A stretch of 64,000 nucleotides of DNA from the NCBI GenBank assembly GCA_016198905.1, contig JACQHR010000013.1, forward strand, positions 6,153 to 70,152, given 5' to 3'. A program made the translations under genes and the position numbers. A model generated the notes under the pieces. That model searched no databases, had not been told where the DNA came from, and worked only from the letters and a program-made list of their open reading frames with translations. Shown piece after piece: positions 26,364 through 37,605 of the stretch. Numbering within the stretch: the stretch's first letter is position 1; every line of letters starts with the position of its first letter. This DNA comes from Candidatus Omnitrophota bacterium. GTDB lineage: Bacteria; Omnitrophota; Gorgyraeia; Aquiviventales; Aquiviventaceae.

Positions 26364-27167
26364 CTACTGCAAATTGACGTGACTGCGTAACGACCAGCGA
26401 GATAAGACGCGGCGGTCCGGTAGCCCTTCCTGAATGGGGCCGGTCGCCTCCCCCTTGATGAATTGCTGGATAATCGGGTTCTTGGAGCCGCGAATCTGCT
26501 CCGGCGTTCCCACTTCGATAATGCCCCCATTGTAGAGCATGGCTATGCGGTCTGCCACTTTGTAGGCGCTGCGCATGTCGTGGGTGACCACGACGGAGGT
26601 GACTTTCAACCGATCGCGCAGGGCCACGATCAACCCGTTGATGATGTCTCCCATGATGGGGTCGATCCCCGTCGTCGGCTCATCGTAGAGCACGATTTCC
26701 GGGTTCATCGCCAAGGCGCGCGCGAGGCCCACGCGCTTGCGCATGCCGCCCGAGAGCGCCGAGGGATACAGCTCGTCGATCTCCTGCAACCCGACGAGCT
26801 GAAGGCATTCGTGCACGCGTTGCTCAAGAGCCGCCGGCGGCGTCTGCGTGTGTTCTCTCAGCGGAAACGCCACGTTCTCGAAGACCGTCATGGAATCAAA
26901 CAGGGCCGCACTCTGAAAGAGCATCCCAAACTTCAGCCGCACCTCGTTGAGCTCGCGGCCGGAGAGCGAGGCGACGTCGACGCCGCCAATCACGACCGAC
27001 CCCTCGTCCGGCTTGAGCAGGCCGATCATGTGCTTGAGGAGCACCGACTTGCCGCAACCCGAGCGACCGATAATGACCGTCGTCTCGCCGGTGTTGATCG
27101 TCAGGTTCACGCGGTCAAGGACCTGATGGTCATTGAACGACTTCGATAAATCCTTGATCTCAATCAT
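26364..27167 (-). CDS. mlaF: ABC transporter ATP-binding protein, MlaF-like
   Basis: GRSGCGKSVLLK (Walker A), LSGGMRKRVGLARAL (signature), LYDEPTTGIDP (Walker B), and 267 aa. Confidence 0.85.
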   Translation of the reverse strand: MIEIKDLSKSFNDHQVLDRVNLTINTGETTVIIGRSGCGKSVLLKHMIGLLKPDEGSVVIGGVDVASLSGRELNEVRLKFGMLFQSAALFDSMTVFENVAFPLREHTQTPPAALEQRVHECLQLVGLQEIDELYPSALSGGMRKRVGLARALAMNPEIVLYDEPTTGIDPIMGDIINGLIVALRDRLKVTSVVVTHDMRSAYKVADRIAMLYNGGIIEVGTPEQIRGSKNPIIQQFIKGEATGPIQEGLPDRRVLSRWSLRSHVNLQ

Positions 27168-27174
27168 CTAGGCT

Positions 27175-27246
27175 GGGGCGTGGGGCACGAGACGTGGGGC
27201 GCGGGAACCGGCTCTCCCCCGTCTCCTGTCTCCCGCCCCTTGCCCC
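27175..27246. repeat. GC-rich palindromic element, family C copy 1 (fills the mlaE-mlaF gap; inverted orientation)
   Basis: GGGGCGTGGGGCACGAGACGTGGGGCGCGGGAACCGGCTCTCCCCCGTCTCCTGTCTCCCGCCCCTTGCCCC. Its reverse complement begins GGGGCAAGGGGCGGGAGACAGGAGACG, identical to the first 27 nt of the lnt copy. Confidence 0.85.
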
Positions 27247-27250
27247 ATGC

Positions 27251-28057
27251 TTATCGCCACACAAAGTAGAACATGGCCGTGCAGATACAATCCGCCGCGA
27301 TAATGAGCAGGAACGACACGACCACTGCGACCGTCGTCGTGCGGCCGACCCCTTCGGCCCCCCCTTCCGTGCGGAAGCCTTCGAAGCAGCTGACGATACA
27401 GATGATCATCCCGAAGATGAACGACTTCAACAGCCCGGAGAAAAGATCCTTGAAGACCAGCGGCAGCGTGGCCATCTTCCAATACAGGCTGGGCAGCACC
27501 CCGAGCTTCATCGTGCCGATGATGAACCCGCCGAGGATGCCGATCGCATCCGCCCAGAGGGTCAGCAGCGGCAACGCCACGAGGATCGCGAGGAACCGCG
27601 GCACGACGAGAAACTTGACCGGATCCACCGCTAGCGTGGTGAGCGCATCGATCTGCTCGGTGACCTTCATGGTGCCCAGCTCGGCGGCGATGGCGGAGCC
27701 CACGCGCCCGGCGACGATGAGGGCGGTCATCACCGGGCCGATTTCCCGCACGACGGAAAGCGACACGAGGCTGGCGATGTAGATCTCCGCCGCCAGTTTC
27801 TTCATCTGATAGGCGCTTTGAAACGCCAGCACCATCCCGATGAAGAGCGCTGAGATGGACACGATGAACCACGACTGAATGCCGATCTTCGAAATTTCGC
27901 GCGCGACGGCATTCCCGCGCAGCGGCCGCGCCACCGCCCCGCCGACGGTTTGCACGAATAAGAGGCACAGGCTGCCGGTGTACCAGAACAGTTCGACGGC
28001 ACGCGTTCCGGCTGCCGCCGTGGTTTCAAGAAACGGGCCGCTGAACCGTCCGATCAT
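27251..28057 (-). CDS. mlaE: ABC transporter permease, MlaE-like
   Basis: MIGRFSGPFLE..., multi-TM, with REIGPVMTALIVAGRVGSAIAAELGTMKVTEQIDAL typical of MlaE. The start is ATG 28057. Confidence 0.85.
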   Translation of the reverse strand: MIGRFSGPFLETTAAAGTRAVELFWYTGSLCLLFVQTVGGAVARPLRGNAVAREISKIGIQSWFIVSISALFIGMVLAFQSAYQMKKLAAEIYIASLVSLSVVREIGPVMTALIVAGRVGSAIAAELGTMKVTEQIDALTTLAVDPVKFLVVPRFLAILVALPLLTLWADAIGILGGFIIGTMKLGVLPSLYWKMATLPLVFKDLFSGLLKSFIFGMIICIVSCFEGFRTEGGAEGVGRTTTVAVVVSFLLIIAADCICTAMFYFVWR

Positions 28058-28186
28058 CGTGACGCGACCTCGCGGTCGCTGCCGGGGAGGTTCCCGTAGA
28101 CACGAATTCCGCAATGCGCGTGCGGACATTCGCAGCCGTCACGCCACATCGCGGAATCGTGGATCGCTTGCGTTGAGCAAGACACG

Positions 28187-30646
<2,460 letters not shown>

Positions 30647-30664
30647 CGCTTCTCCTTCTGTGCG

Positions 30665-31756
30665 TTAGCCTTGGCCGCCTAGCTTGCTGCGAATGAGTTG
30701 TGCCCGTTTGGTGTCGCGTTCCTTCGCGGTCAGCGCCTTGCCCTCCAGCTTCTGCAAGTGCGCCGGCTGCGAGAAGAGAAAGAGCTCATTGACCTTCGTC
30801 CGGTCCATCCCATTGCCGCTCGAGGGGGATCCACCGTTGGGAGCCATCAGTCCCAGATCGACCCCGAGGCGCACCGCCGAGAGCAAATCGAGCGCTTCGT
30901 TGGAGCTCATCGTCTTGGCGTGCTTGAGGATGCCGAACGCCCGCCAGACACGGTCCTCCAGCTGCGTGCGACTGTTCGACAGCAGCGACTCGCGCCCGGC
31001 CTGCTCCTGATGAATCACCTCTTTGAGGATCCGCTCGATGTTCTCGATCAGCTCCTCTTCAGAGCGCCCCAGCGACACCTGGTTCGAAATCTGAAAGAAG
31101 TTGCCCGAGGCTTCGGTGCCTTCCCCGTAGAGCCCGCGCGCAGTCAGCCCCAATTTCGTAATCGTATGCAGCACCTTGTTGATCTGCTTGGTGAGCACCA
31201 GCGACGGCAGATGGACCATCACCGAGGCGCGCATCCCGGTGCCGGTGTTCGTCGGGCAGCAGGTCAGATACCCCCAATCCGTCGAGTAGGCATAGGGGAG
31301 CGCTTCGGAGAGCTCATCATCGAGCGCATCGATGATCGACCACGCATCGCGCAGGTTCATCCCGGACTGCATGACTTGGATGCGCAGATGGTCTTCTTCG
31401 TTGATCATCACGCTGATGACCTCGCCCTGCCCGATCGCCACCGCCTTGTGATCCGCGTGCACGATGTGCTCGCGGCTGACCAGGTGGCGCTCGACGAGAA
31501 ACTGGCGATCCACTTCATCCAGCTCGCGGATCTCCAAAATGAGCGGCTGTTTGAGCGTCACGCTGTGCATGAGGCCGTCTTTGACGACCTTGAAGACTTC
31601 GACCTGCGACGCGGCGGTCGCGCGCGTGGCAAACGGAAACTTCTCGAGGTTGCGCGCCAGACGAATCCGGCTGGACATGACGATGTCCGACACCGGCCCC
31701 GCCCCGCGCAGCCACTCGCTGGGATGTTTCAAGAACTCGTCAAATGCCTTCAGCAT
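30665..31756 (-). CDS. mcsB: protein arginine kinase McsB
   Basis: 363 aa. It has a phosphagen (ATP:guanido) kinase-like catalytic domain (NEEDHLRIQVM, CPTNTGTGMRASVMVHLP) and lies between mcsA and clpC. Confidence 0.9.
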   Translation of the reverse strand: MLKAFDEFLKHPSEWLRGAGPVSDIVMSSRIRLARNLEKFPFATRATAASQVEVFKVVKDGLMHSVTLKQPLILEIRELDEVDRQFLVERHLVSREHIVHADHKAVAIGQGEVISVMINEEDHLRIQVMQSGMNLRDAWSIIDALDDELSEALPYAYSTDWGYLTCCPTNTGTGMRASVMVHLPSLVLTKQINKVLHTITKLGLTARGLYGEGTEASGNFFQISNQVSLGRSEEELIENIERILKEVIHQEQAGRESLLSNSRTQLEDRVWRAFGILKHAKTMSSNEALDLLSAVRLGVDLGLMAPNGGSPSSGNGMDRTKVNELFLFSQPAHLQKLEGKALTAKERDTKRAQLIRSKLGGQG

Positions 31757-32288
31757 CTTTGCGGGCCTTGTGTTTTAATTGCTGCTCGTGCTGCTGCTGT
31801 TCCATGCGACGGATCTGATCGCGCAGCCGCGCGGCTTCCTCGAATTCTTCTTTCTCAATTGCGCGGTCAAGCTTCTTCTTGAGTTCCACCAACTCCGTTT
31901 TCGTCTTCGACGGCTTGACCAGTCGCGCCGGGGACTTGCCCAAATGAATCGGCGAGCCGTGGATGCGCTTCAGCAAACTGCCCAGGCTGCTCTTGAACGT
32001 CTGGTAGCATTGCGCGCAGCCCAGCCGGCCGACTTTGCGGAAATCCTCGTAGGTCATCCCGCACATCGGGCAGGCTTTGGTCTCCGTCGCCTCAGCCTCC
32101 GGCGTTTTCTGGAAGTCCGCCAATCCCGAGAGCATATCCGAGAGCCCGAAATGGCTCTCGACCTGCGCGCCCTTCTGGTTGGCGCAGGCTTCGCACAGGT
32201 GCAGCTCGGTCATCTGCTCGTTGATGATCTCGGTCAGATGGACCGTCGCTTGCGCTTGTTTGCACAGTTCGCAGAGCATTGACATCAC
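31740..32288 (-). CDS. mcsA: McsA-like activator of protein arginine kinase (Cys4 zinc fingers + UVR motif)
   Basis: CELCKQ...CEAC and CPMCG...CAQC zinc-finger pairs, with a C-terminal UVR helix (LKKKLDRAIEKEEFEEAARLRDQIRRME). Confidence 0.8.
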   Translation of the reverse strand: MMSMLCELCKQAQATVHLTEIINEQMTELHLCEACANQKGAQVESHFGLSDMLSGLADFQKTPEAEATETKACPMCGMTYEDFRKVGRLGCAQCYQTFKSSLGSLLKRIHGSPIHLGKSPARLVKPSKTKTELVELKKKLDRAIEKEEFEEAARLRDQIRRMEQQQHEQQLKHKARKDAEGI

Positions 32289-32347
32289 CGTAGCCCTAGT
32301 CTACCAGGTTTCCCATCGCTGGAAAAGTCGCGGCTCCGTGGCCATTT

Positions 32348-33214
32348 TTAGTACCGCACGCCCTCGGTCTTGGTCACCTGGCGAAAGGCCTGTTGGAGCT
32401 TCTTGGTGGCCGGGCCGGGTGTGCCGCTGCCGATGACGCGGCCGTCGATCTTCACGACAGGCACGATCTCGGCGGCAGTGCCGGTCAAGAACACCTCATC
32501 GGCATTGAAGAGATCATGGCGGGTGAGCAAATCCTCGCGCACGTGCAGGCGCTGCTGGGCGGCAAGGTCCATGACCGTCTGTCGCGTGATGCCGCGCAGG
32601 ACGCCGATGTAGGGCGGCGGCGTCAATAGTTGCTTCTTCCTCACGAGGAAGATGTTTTCGCCGGTGCACTCGGTGACGTAGCCGGAGTGCGAGAGCATGA
32701 TGGCCTCTTCGTAACCTGCGTTGATCGCTTCGATCTTCGCAAGGATGTTGTTGAGGTAGTTGAGCGACTTGATTTGCGGGTTCAGCGCTTCGGGCACGTT
32801 GCGCTGGGTCGCCACCGTGATGAGCTCGAGCCCCCGCTCGTAGAGCTGCTGCGGATAGAGCTGAATCTTATCCGCGATCACGAACACCGTCGGCTGCGCG
32901 CACTTGCGCGGATCAAGCCCCAAGTCGCCCTCGCCGCGCGTCACCACGAGGCGGATGTAGGCTCCGCGCAGTTTGTTCACGCGCAGGCTCTGCTTCACCA
33001 CGTCGATGAGCTCGGCGCGGCTCAACGGAATCTTGAGCATGATCGTGTGCGCCGATTCAAAGAGCCGGTCGATGTGCTCCTCCAACTTGAAGATGAGCCC
33101 ATCGTACGAGCGGATACCTTCGAAGACGCCATCGCCGTACAGCAGCCCATGATCGAACACCGACACCGTCGCCTTCGATTCATCCACAAATGTGCCGTTC
33201 AGATAGACTTTCAT
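32348..33214 (-). CDS. ilvE: branched-chain amino acid aminotransferase (fold-type IV)
   Basis: 288 aa. VSVFDHGLLYGDGVFEGIR, and a PLP-Lys region IKSLNYLNNILAK, with LTGTAAEIVPV. Confidence 0.88.
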   Translation of the reverse strand: MKVYLNGTFVDESKATVSVFDHGLLYGDGVFEGIRSYDGLIFKLEEHIDRLFESAHTIMLKIPLSRAELIDVVKQSLRVNKLRGAYIRLVVTRGEGDLGLDPRKCAQPTVFVIADKIQLYPQQLYERGLELITVATQRNVPEALNPQIKSLNYLNNILAKIEAINAGYEEAIMLSHSGYVTECTGENIFLVRKKQLLTPPPYIGVLRGITRQTVMDLAAQQRLHVREDLLTRHDLFNADEVFLTGTAAEIVPVVKIDGRVIGSGTPGPATKKLQQAFRQVTKTEGVRY

Positions 33215-33912
33215 CGCTTCCCCTTCTGTGCGTGGACGCCCTCGTGATCCACGACGCGCCCATCTTCCAACACAATCGTCTGATCCGCACTCTCCGCCAG
33301 CTTCATCTGGTGCGTGACGACGACCAGCCCGACGCGATTGCGCTGATGCAGCCCGACCAAGAGCTCGATGACCTCGGCGCCGGTTTTCGAATCAAGGTTC
33401 CCCGTCGGCTCATCGCACAACAACAGCTTCGGCTCATTGATGAGGGCCCGCGCAATCGCCACGCGCTGCTGCTCACCTCCGGATAATTCACGCGGCTTAT
33501 GCCGCACGCGCTGAGCCAACCCCACTTGCTTCAAGCACGCGGTCGCCTGTTCCCGCAACGCATGCGAGTTGCGCGCGCCGCGCACCAGGCTGGGGAGCAT
33601 CACATTTTCCACCGCCGAGAGCTCCGGCAGCAAGTGATAAAACTGAAACACGATGCCCAGCGTCCGGTTGCGAAACTCCGCGCGCTTGCGGTCGCTCAGG
33701 CGGGAGACGACGTGCTCGTCCCACCGCACCTCACCGCTCGTCGGCGTATCGAGCCCGGCCAAGAGATGCAGCAGCGTCGATTTCCCCGCTCCCGATGGCC
33801 CGACGATGGCGACGAAGGCCCCGGTATCAATCTGCAGCGACACGCCCTTGAGCACCTGCAAGGTGACCTTGCCCATCACGTACTCTTTGTACACACGGCG
33901 CGCTTCGATCAT
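33211..33912 (-). CDS. lolD: lipoprotein-releasing ABC transporter ATP-binding protein LolD
   Basis: [27 protein letters not shown] and [11 protein letters not shown]. It overlaps lolC/E by 4 nt. Confidence 0.85.
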   Translation of the reverse strand: MIEARRVYKEYVMGKVTLQVLKGVSLQIDTGAFVAIVGPSGAGKSTLLHLLAGLDTPTSGEVRWDEHVVSRLSDRKRAEFRNRTLGIVFQFYHLLPELSAVENVMLPSLVRGARNSHALREQATACLKQVGLAQRVRHKPRELSGGEQQRVAIARALINEPKLLLCDEPTGNLDSKTGAEVIELLVGLHQRNRVGLVVVTHQMKLAESADQTIVLEDGRVVDHEGVHAQKGKR

Positions 33913-35114
33913 TCGTACCGCAGCGCATCGACGGGAGCAAGGTACGCCGCCCGCACCGCGGCATAGGTGCCCGCCAGGACGGTGAGAATGAACGTCGCGC
34001 CGACCACCGCCGTGACATCGATGCTGTTGATCTGCGTCGGGATGTGATCGAGATAGTAGACCGTCGGCGGAAAGAGCGAGACGCCGAACGTCCCCTCAAC
34101 CCATTTGACGAAGCTGTTGAGATTCAACGAGAGCATAAACCCGCCTGCAAGCCCTAGACATACCCCCACAAAACCGATGACGCAACCCTGCGAGAGGAAC
34201 AGTGACGCAATGGACAGCCGCGTGGCTCCCAGCGCCCTGAGGATGCCGATGTCTTTCGTCTTCTCCATCACGATCATGATGAGCATGGACATGATGTTGA
34301 GGGCGGCCACGACGATGATCAGCGTCAGAATGACGAACATGACGGTTTTCTCCACGCGCAACGCGCCAAAGAGTGCCGGGTTCAATTCCATCCACGTCCG
34401 CACACGGTATGAGGCGTCCAATTCACGCTCAATCGCCCGCTGGACATCAGGCGCGCGCTCCAACTGATCCACTTTGACACCGATACCCGTGACGACCCCC
34501 TTGGACTGGTAGAACGCCTGCGCTCGAGTCAGCGTCACGGCAATGAGGTTGGCATCATACTCGTACATGCCCGACCGAAACAACCCGCTGATGCTCAACT
34601 GATGGGGCTTCCCATCCACGGGACTGACGAGCGTCACCACATCTCCAGGCTTCGCATGCAGGAATGCGGCGAGTTCGGTGCCAATAGCCGCTTCGTGATC
34701 GGCCTTCGGCAAGTGGCCCATCACAATGTAGTCGCCAAGATGATTGACGCGCGCTTCGCGATCGACGTCGATGCCGCGCAGCAGCACGCCGAAAGCTTGA
34801 TCCGGCAGCCGCAAGATCGCCTGATTGGAAATAAACGGGCTCACCCCGACGACGTGTTCCATCGCGCTGAGGCGCCGCATGAGTTCCTCGGTGTCTTTGA
34901 TGCCGCTTTGCGCATCCACGATGATGTGGGCGTTGGTGCCGACGAGTTTGTCTTTCATGTCGCGATCAAATCCGCTCATGACGGCGAGCACCACGATGAG
35001 GGCTGCCACGCCGAGCGCCACACCGCCGATCGACAGCACCGCGATGATCGAAATGAACCGCTCGCGCCGTTTCGCGAAGAGGTATCGCAATCCGAGCCAG
35101 AGTTCGTATCTCAT
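33909..35114 (-). CDS. lolC: lipoprotein-releasing system permease LolC/LolE
   Basis: MRYELWLGLRYLFAKRRERFISIIAVLSIGGVALGVAALIVVLAVMSGF..., with a MacB-like periplasmic domain and a FtsX C-terminal region. 401 aa. Confidence 0.85.
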   Translation of the reverse strand: MRYELWLGLRYLFAKRRERFISIIAVLSIGGVALGVAALIVVLAVMSGFDRDMKDKLVGTNAHIIVDAQSGIKDTEELMRRLSAMEHVVGVSPFISNQAILRLPDQAFGVLLRGIDVDREARVNHLGDYIVMGHLPKADHEAAIGTELAAFLHAKPGDVVTLVSPVDGKPHQLSISGLFRSGMYEYDANLIAVTLTRAQAFYQSKGVVTGIGVKVDQLERAPDVQRAIERELDASYRVRTWMELNPALFGALRVEKTVMFVILTLIIVVAALNIMSMLIMIVMEKTKDIGILRALGATRLSIASLFLSQGCVIGFVGVCLGLAGGFMLSLNLNSFVKWVEGTFGVSLFPPTVYYLDHIPTQINSIDVTAVVGATFILTVLAGTYAAVRAAYLAPVDALRYE

Positions 35115-35449
35115 TAACCTGCCAGCAGCTGCTGAACGGCTTTTTCCAGAGCCGGCAACTTTTGTTCGACCACGTCCCAGACCACTTCCACGTTCACACC
35201 AAAATATTCATGAATCAGAATGTCTCGGAGGCCGGCGATCTTGCGCCATTCTATCTGCGGCTGCTGCTGTTTCACCGGTTCTGGCAAGCGCTTGACCGCT
35301 TCACCAATCACCTCGAGGTTGCGGATCACCGCATCCAGCGTTTTGGCATCCTGGGAGAGCGCGGCTAATGACAAGCCCTGCGTAAAGGAGCGGATCTTCC
35401 GGATCGCTTCAAGAATATCTTCCAGATAGACTTTAGAATCCCGGGACAT
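35114..35449 (-). CDS. hepT: HepT-family (DUF86) toxin, HEPN RNase
   Basis: 111 aa. The Rx4HxY motif is present as RDILIHEY. It overlaps the upstream mntA. Its stop overlaps the lolC ATG (TAATG). Confidence 0.8.
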   Translation of the reverse strand: MSRDSKVYLEDILEAIRKIRSFTQGLSLAALSQDAKTLDAVIRNLEVIGEAVKRLPEPVKQQQPQIEWRKIAGLRDILIHEYFGVNVEVVWDVVEQKLPALEKAVQQLLAG

Positions 35450-35726
35450 AGACCGTTTCTTTGAGGATGCGCTCTCTCAACCGGGGTTTCACGGTATCTG
35501 CCAGCACCAGATCCACGCGGCGCTGCAATAGCTCCTCGAGGAAAAATTTGAGATCCATATACGCGTCAAAACTATTGCGCTCCAGCTCCACCAGCACGTC
35601 CACATCGCTCGTACTGGTCTCTTCCCCTCGGGCGATAGACCCAAACAACCCCAAGCGCCGCACGCCGAGTTGTTGCACCGCCCGGCGCTGCTGGGCGAGT
35701 CGTCTCAGGATTTCACTGCGATCCAT
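35433..35726 (-). CDS. mntA: MntA-family minimal nucleotidyltransferase antitoxin
   Basis: 97 aa. GLFGSIARGEETSTSDVDVLVEL matches the GSxxRG...SDxD nucleotidyltransferase motif. Confidence 0.8.
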   Translation of the reverse strand: MDRSEILRRLAQQRRAVQQLGVRRLGLFGSIARGEETSTSDVDVLVELERNSFDAYMDLKFFLEELLQRRVDLVLADTVKPRLRERILKETVYVPGF

Positions 35727-35778
35727 TCTTCACCTCGTTGCAGTGGATGCCCAACCACAGCTCGTACCGCATCGATTA

Positions 35779-35800
35779 GCACACAGCACACAGCACACAG
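35779..35800. repeat. GCACACA x3 perfect heptamer tandem
   Basis: Read directly, in the lysS-mntA gap. Confidence 0.85.
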
Positions 35801-35896
35801 AAAAATTGACATCAAACAGCATGTCATAAGGAACGGCAAAATGACTTTTGTTGTTCGTCTGTCCCATATGTCTAAGCCGATGTTGCAAAGACCCGC

Positions 35897-37405
35897 TCAT
35901 GAGATTTCAGGTTTCAGTAAAGGAAAAAGAATGACGTCCTTGATCGAGGGTTGGTTCAGCAGAATCATCGCGAGGCGGTCGACGCCGACGCCAAGGCCGC
36001 CGGCCGGCGGCATGCCGTATTCGAGCGCCGTCACAAAGTCTTCATCAATCACCCGCCTTTGGGGCGTGGGGCGTGGGGCGTGGGGCGTGGGAGAACTGGT
36101 TTTCCCTCGCCCCCCGTCTCCCGCCCCCTGCCCCTCTAGCTGAGCTTCGAATCGGCGACGCTGCTCGATCGGATCATTCAACTCGGAGTACGCATTCGCC
36201 ACTTCCATGCCGCCGATGTAGAGCTCAAAACGCTCCGTGATGAGTGGATTGTCAGGTTTGCTCTTGGCTAGCGGCGACAACTCCGTCCAATAATCCACCA
36301 CGAAGAGCGGTTTCGATTTCGTCTTCGGGGAAAAGAGCTGCTCGGTCAGTCGGACGAGTTGGGAGCGGTTCAGTTCCTTGACCTGCATCCCCTTGCGCTG
36401 CAGGACCGTTTGCATCTCTTCGAGCGAGGACTGCGGCGTCAACCCCATCTCTTCCATCGCCTTGGCGAATGACACGCGCTCCCACGGCGGTGTGAGATCA
36501 ATCGGCTGACCTTGATACTCACATTGGAGCGAGCCGACGAGCGTTTTGGCCGCGTCGCAAATGAGCTCCTGCACGAAGTCCATCATGAACGCGCAGTCTT
36601 GATACGCCGCGTACGCCTCGAGCATCGTGAATTCCGGATTGTGCTGCGTCGAGAGGCCTTCATTGCGAAAGCAGCGGTTGATTTCATACACGCGTTCCAG
36701 TCCTCCAACGAGCAGCTTCTTGAGATACAGCTCCGGCGCGAGGCGCAGATAGAAATCCGCATCGAGCGCGTTGTGATGCGTGACGAACGGCTCGCCCGCG
36801 GCGCCCCCGGCGATAGGATGCATCATCGGCGTTTCGACTTCGAGAAATCCACGGCGCTCCAGCGTGCGCCGCAGCGACGCCAGCAACTGGCTGCGCTGGA
36901 AGAAGACTTTCCGTACCGGCTCATTGGCGATGAGATCAAGATACCGCTGGCGATAGCGGATCTCGACGTCCTTGAGCCCATGCCACTTCTCCGGCATCGG
37001 TCGCAAGGCCTTCGCCAATATGGTAAAGCGATCCACCTGCACCGTCACTTCATCGGTCTTCGTGCGAAAGAGCGCGCCGGTCACTCCGATAATGTCGCCC
37101 AGGTCCAGCTCGCCGAAAAGTGTAAACGCCTCATCGCCCACGCGATCCTTCTTGACACACATCTGAATCTTGCCGCTGGCGTCCCGCAGATCGGCGAAGT
37201 TCAGTTTGCCCATCGTCCGTTTGGCGCAGAGGCGGCCGGCCGTGCTAACCGACTTGCCCTCGGTGAACCCCGCCACCAACGTCTGGATCGGCTCAGCCTT
37301 CGGAAACGCGGCTCCATACGGAACGATTCCTTGCCGCTCGAGCGCATGCAGCTTGTCGCGGCGGGTGCGGGCTTGTTCGTTCAGATCAGGGTCGTTGTAA
37401 GCCAT
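35897..37405 (-). CDS. lysS: lysine--tRNA ligase (class II), carrying a palindromic-element insertion
   Basis: MAYNDPDLNEQARTRRDKL..., an OB-fold, and class II motifs (FLEVETPMMH; CFRNEG; GGLGVGVDRLAM). The start is ATG 37405. The insert GQGAGDGGRGKTSSPTPHAPRPTPQRR lies between RFEAQ and IDEDFVTALEYGMPP. Confidence 0.92.
   Translation of the reverse strand: MAYNDPDLNEQARTRRDKLHALERQGIVPYGAAFPKAEPIQTLVAGFTEGKSVSTAGRLCAKRTMGKLNFADLRDASGKIQMCVKKDRVGDEAFTLFGELDLGDIIGVTGALFRTKTDEVTVQVDRFTILAKALRPMPEKWHGLKDVEIRYRQRYLDLIANEPVRKVFFQRSQLLASLRRTLERRGFLEVETPMMHPIAGGAAGEPFVTHHNALDADFYLRLAPELYLKKLLVGGLERVYEINRCFRNEGLSTQHNPEFTMLEAYAAYQDCAFMMDFVQELICDAAKTLVGSLQCEYQGQPIDLTPPWERVSFAKAMEEMGLTPQSSLEEMQTVLQRKGMQVKELNRSQLVRLTEQLFSPKTKSKPLFVVDYWTELSPLAKSKPDNPLITERFELYIGGMEVANAYSELNDPIEQRRRFEAQLEGQGAGDGGRGKTSSPTPHAPRPTPQRRVIDEDFVTALEYGMPPAGGLGVGVDRLAMILLNQPSIKDVILFPLLKPEIS
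36061..36134. repeat. GC-rich palindromic element, family C copy 2 (inside lysS)
   Basis: (GGGGCGT)x4 GGGAGAACTGGTTTTCCCTCGCCCCCCGTCTCCCGCCCCCTGCCCC. The centre GGTTTTCCCTCGCCCC is shared with the lnt copy. The left arm has become a perfect heptamer tandem. Confidence 0.85.
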
Positions 37406-37490
37406 GGAGGAGCTTTGATTATACGGCGTCGTCGAGCAACGTGTCAAAGCGAGAAGGTATTCTGTCGAAAACTCCTTCTGATAGCTACCG

Positions 37491-37598
37491 GGGCCACGGG
37501 TGACCCGGCGACGGGTCCCCTGCGCCGCCCGCAGAACCAGCGCGATAGTCGCTGGGCGAGGACGGCGCAGGGTGGCGCCGGGGCAGGCCCCGTGGCCC
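37491..37598. repeat. long hairpin element, family B copy 1 (lnt-lysS gap)
   Basis: The outer stem is GGGCCACGGG (37491-37500) / CCCGTGGCCC (37589-37598). The nested stems are CCCCTGCGCCG/CGGCGCAGGG and CCAGCG-cgatagt-CGCTGG. The 39-nt apex at 37527-37565 is identical to 46691-46729. Confidence 0.85.
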
Positions 37599-37605
37599 GC
37601 GAACG

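Noticed and set aside
27168-27968. 266-aa minus-strand ORF overlapping mlaE in another frame
   Set aside because: It is Arg/Gly/His-rich with no motifs, and it starts inside the family C palindrome. The alternative frame (27251..28057) gives a clean MlaE permease.
35808-35828. Possible intrinsic terminator after lysS (TGACAT-caaacagc-ATGTCA followed by a U-run on the minus strand)
   Set aside because: The stem is only 6 bp and AT-rich, and the U-run is short and interrupted. This is not strong enough to call.
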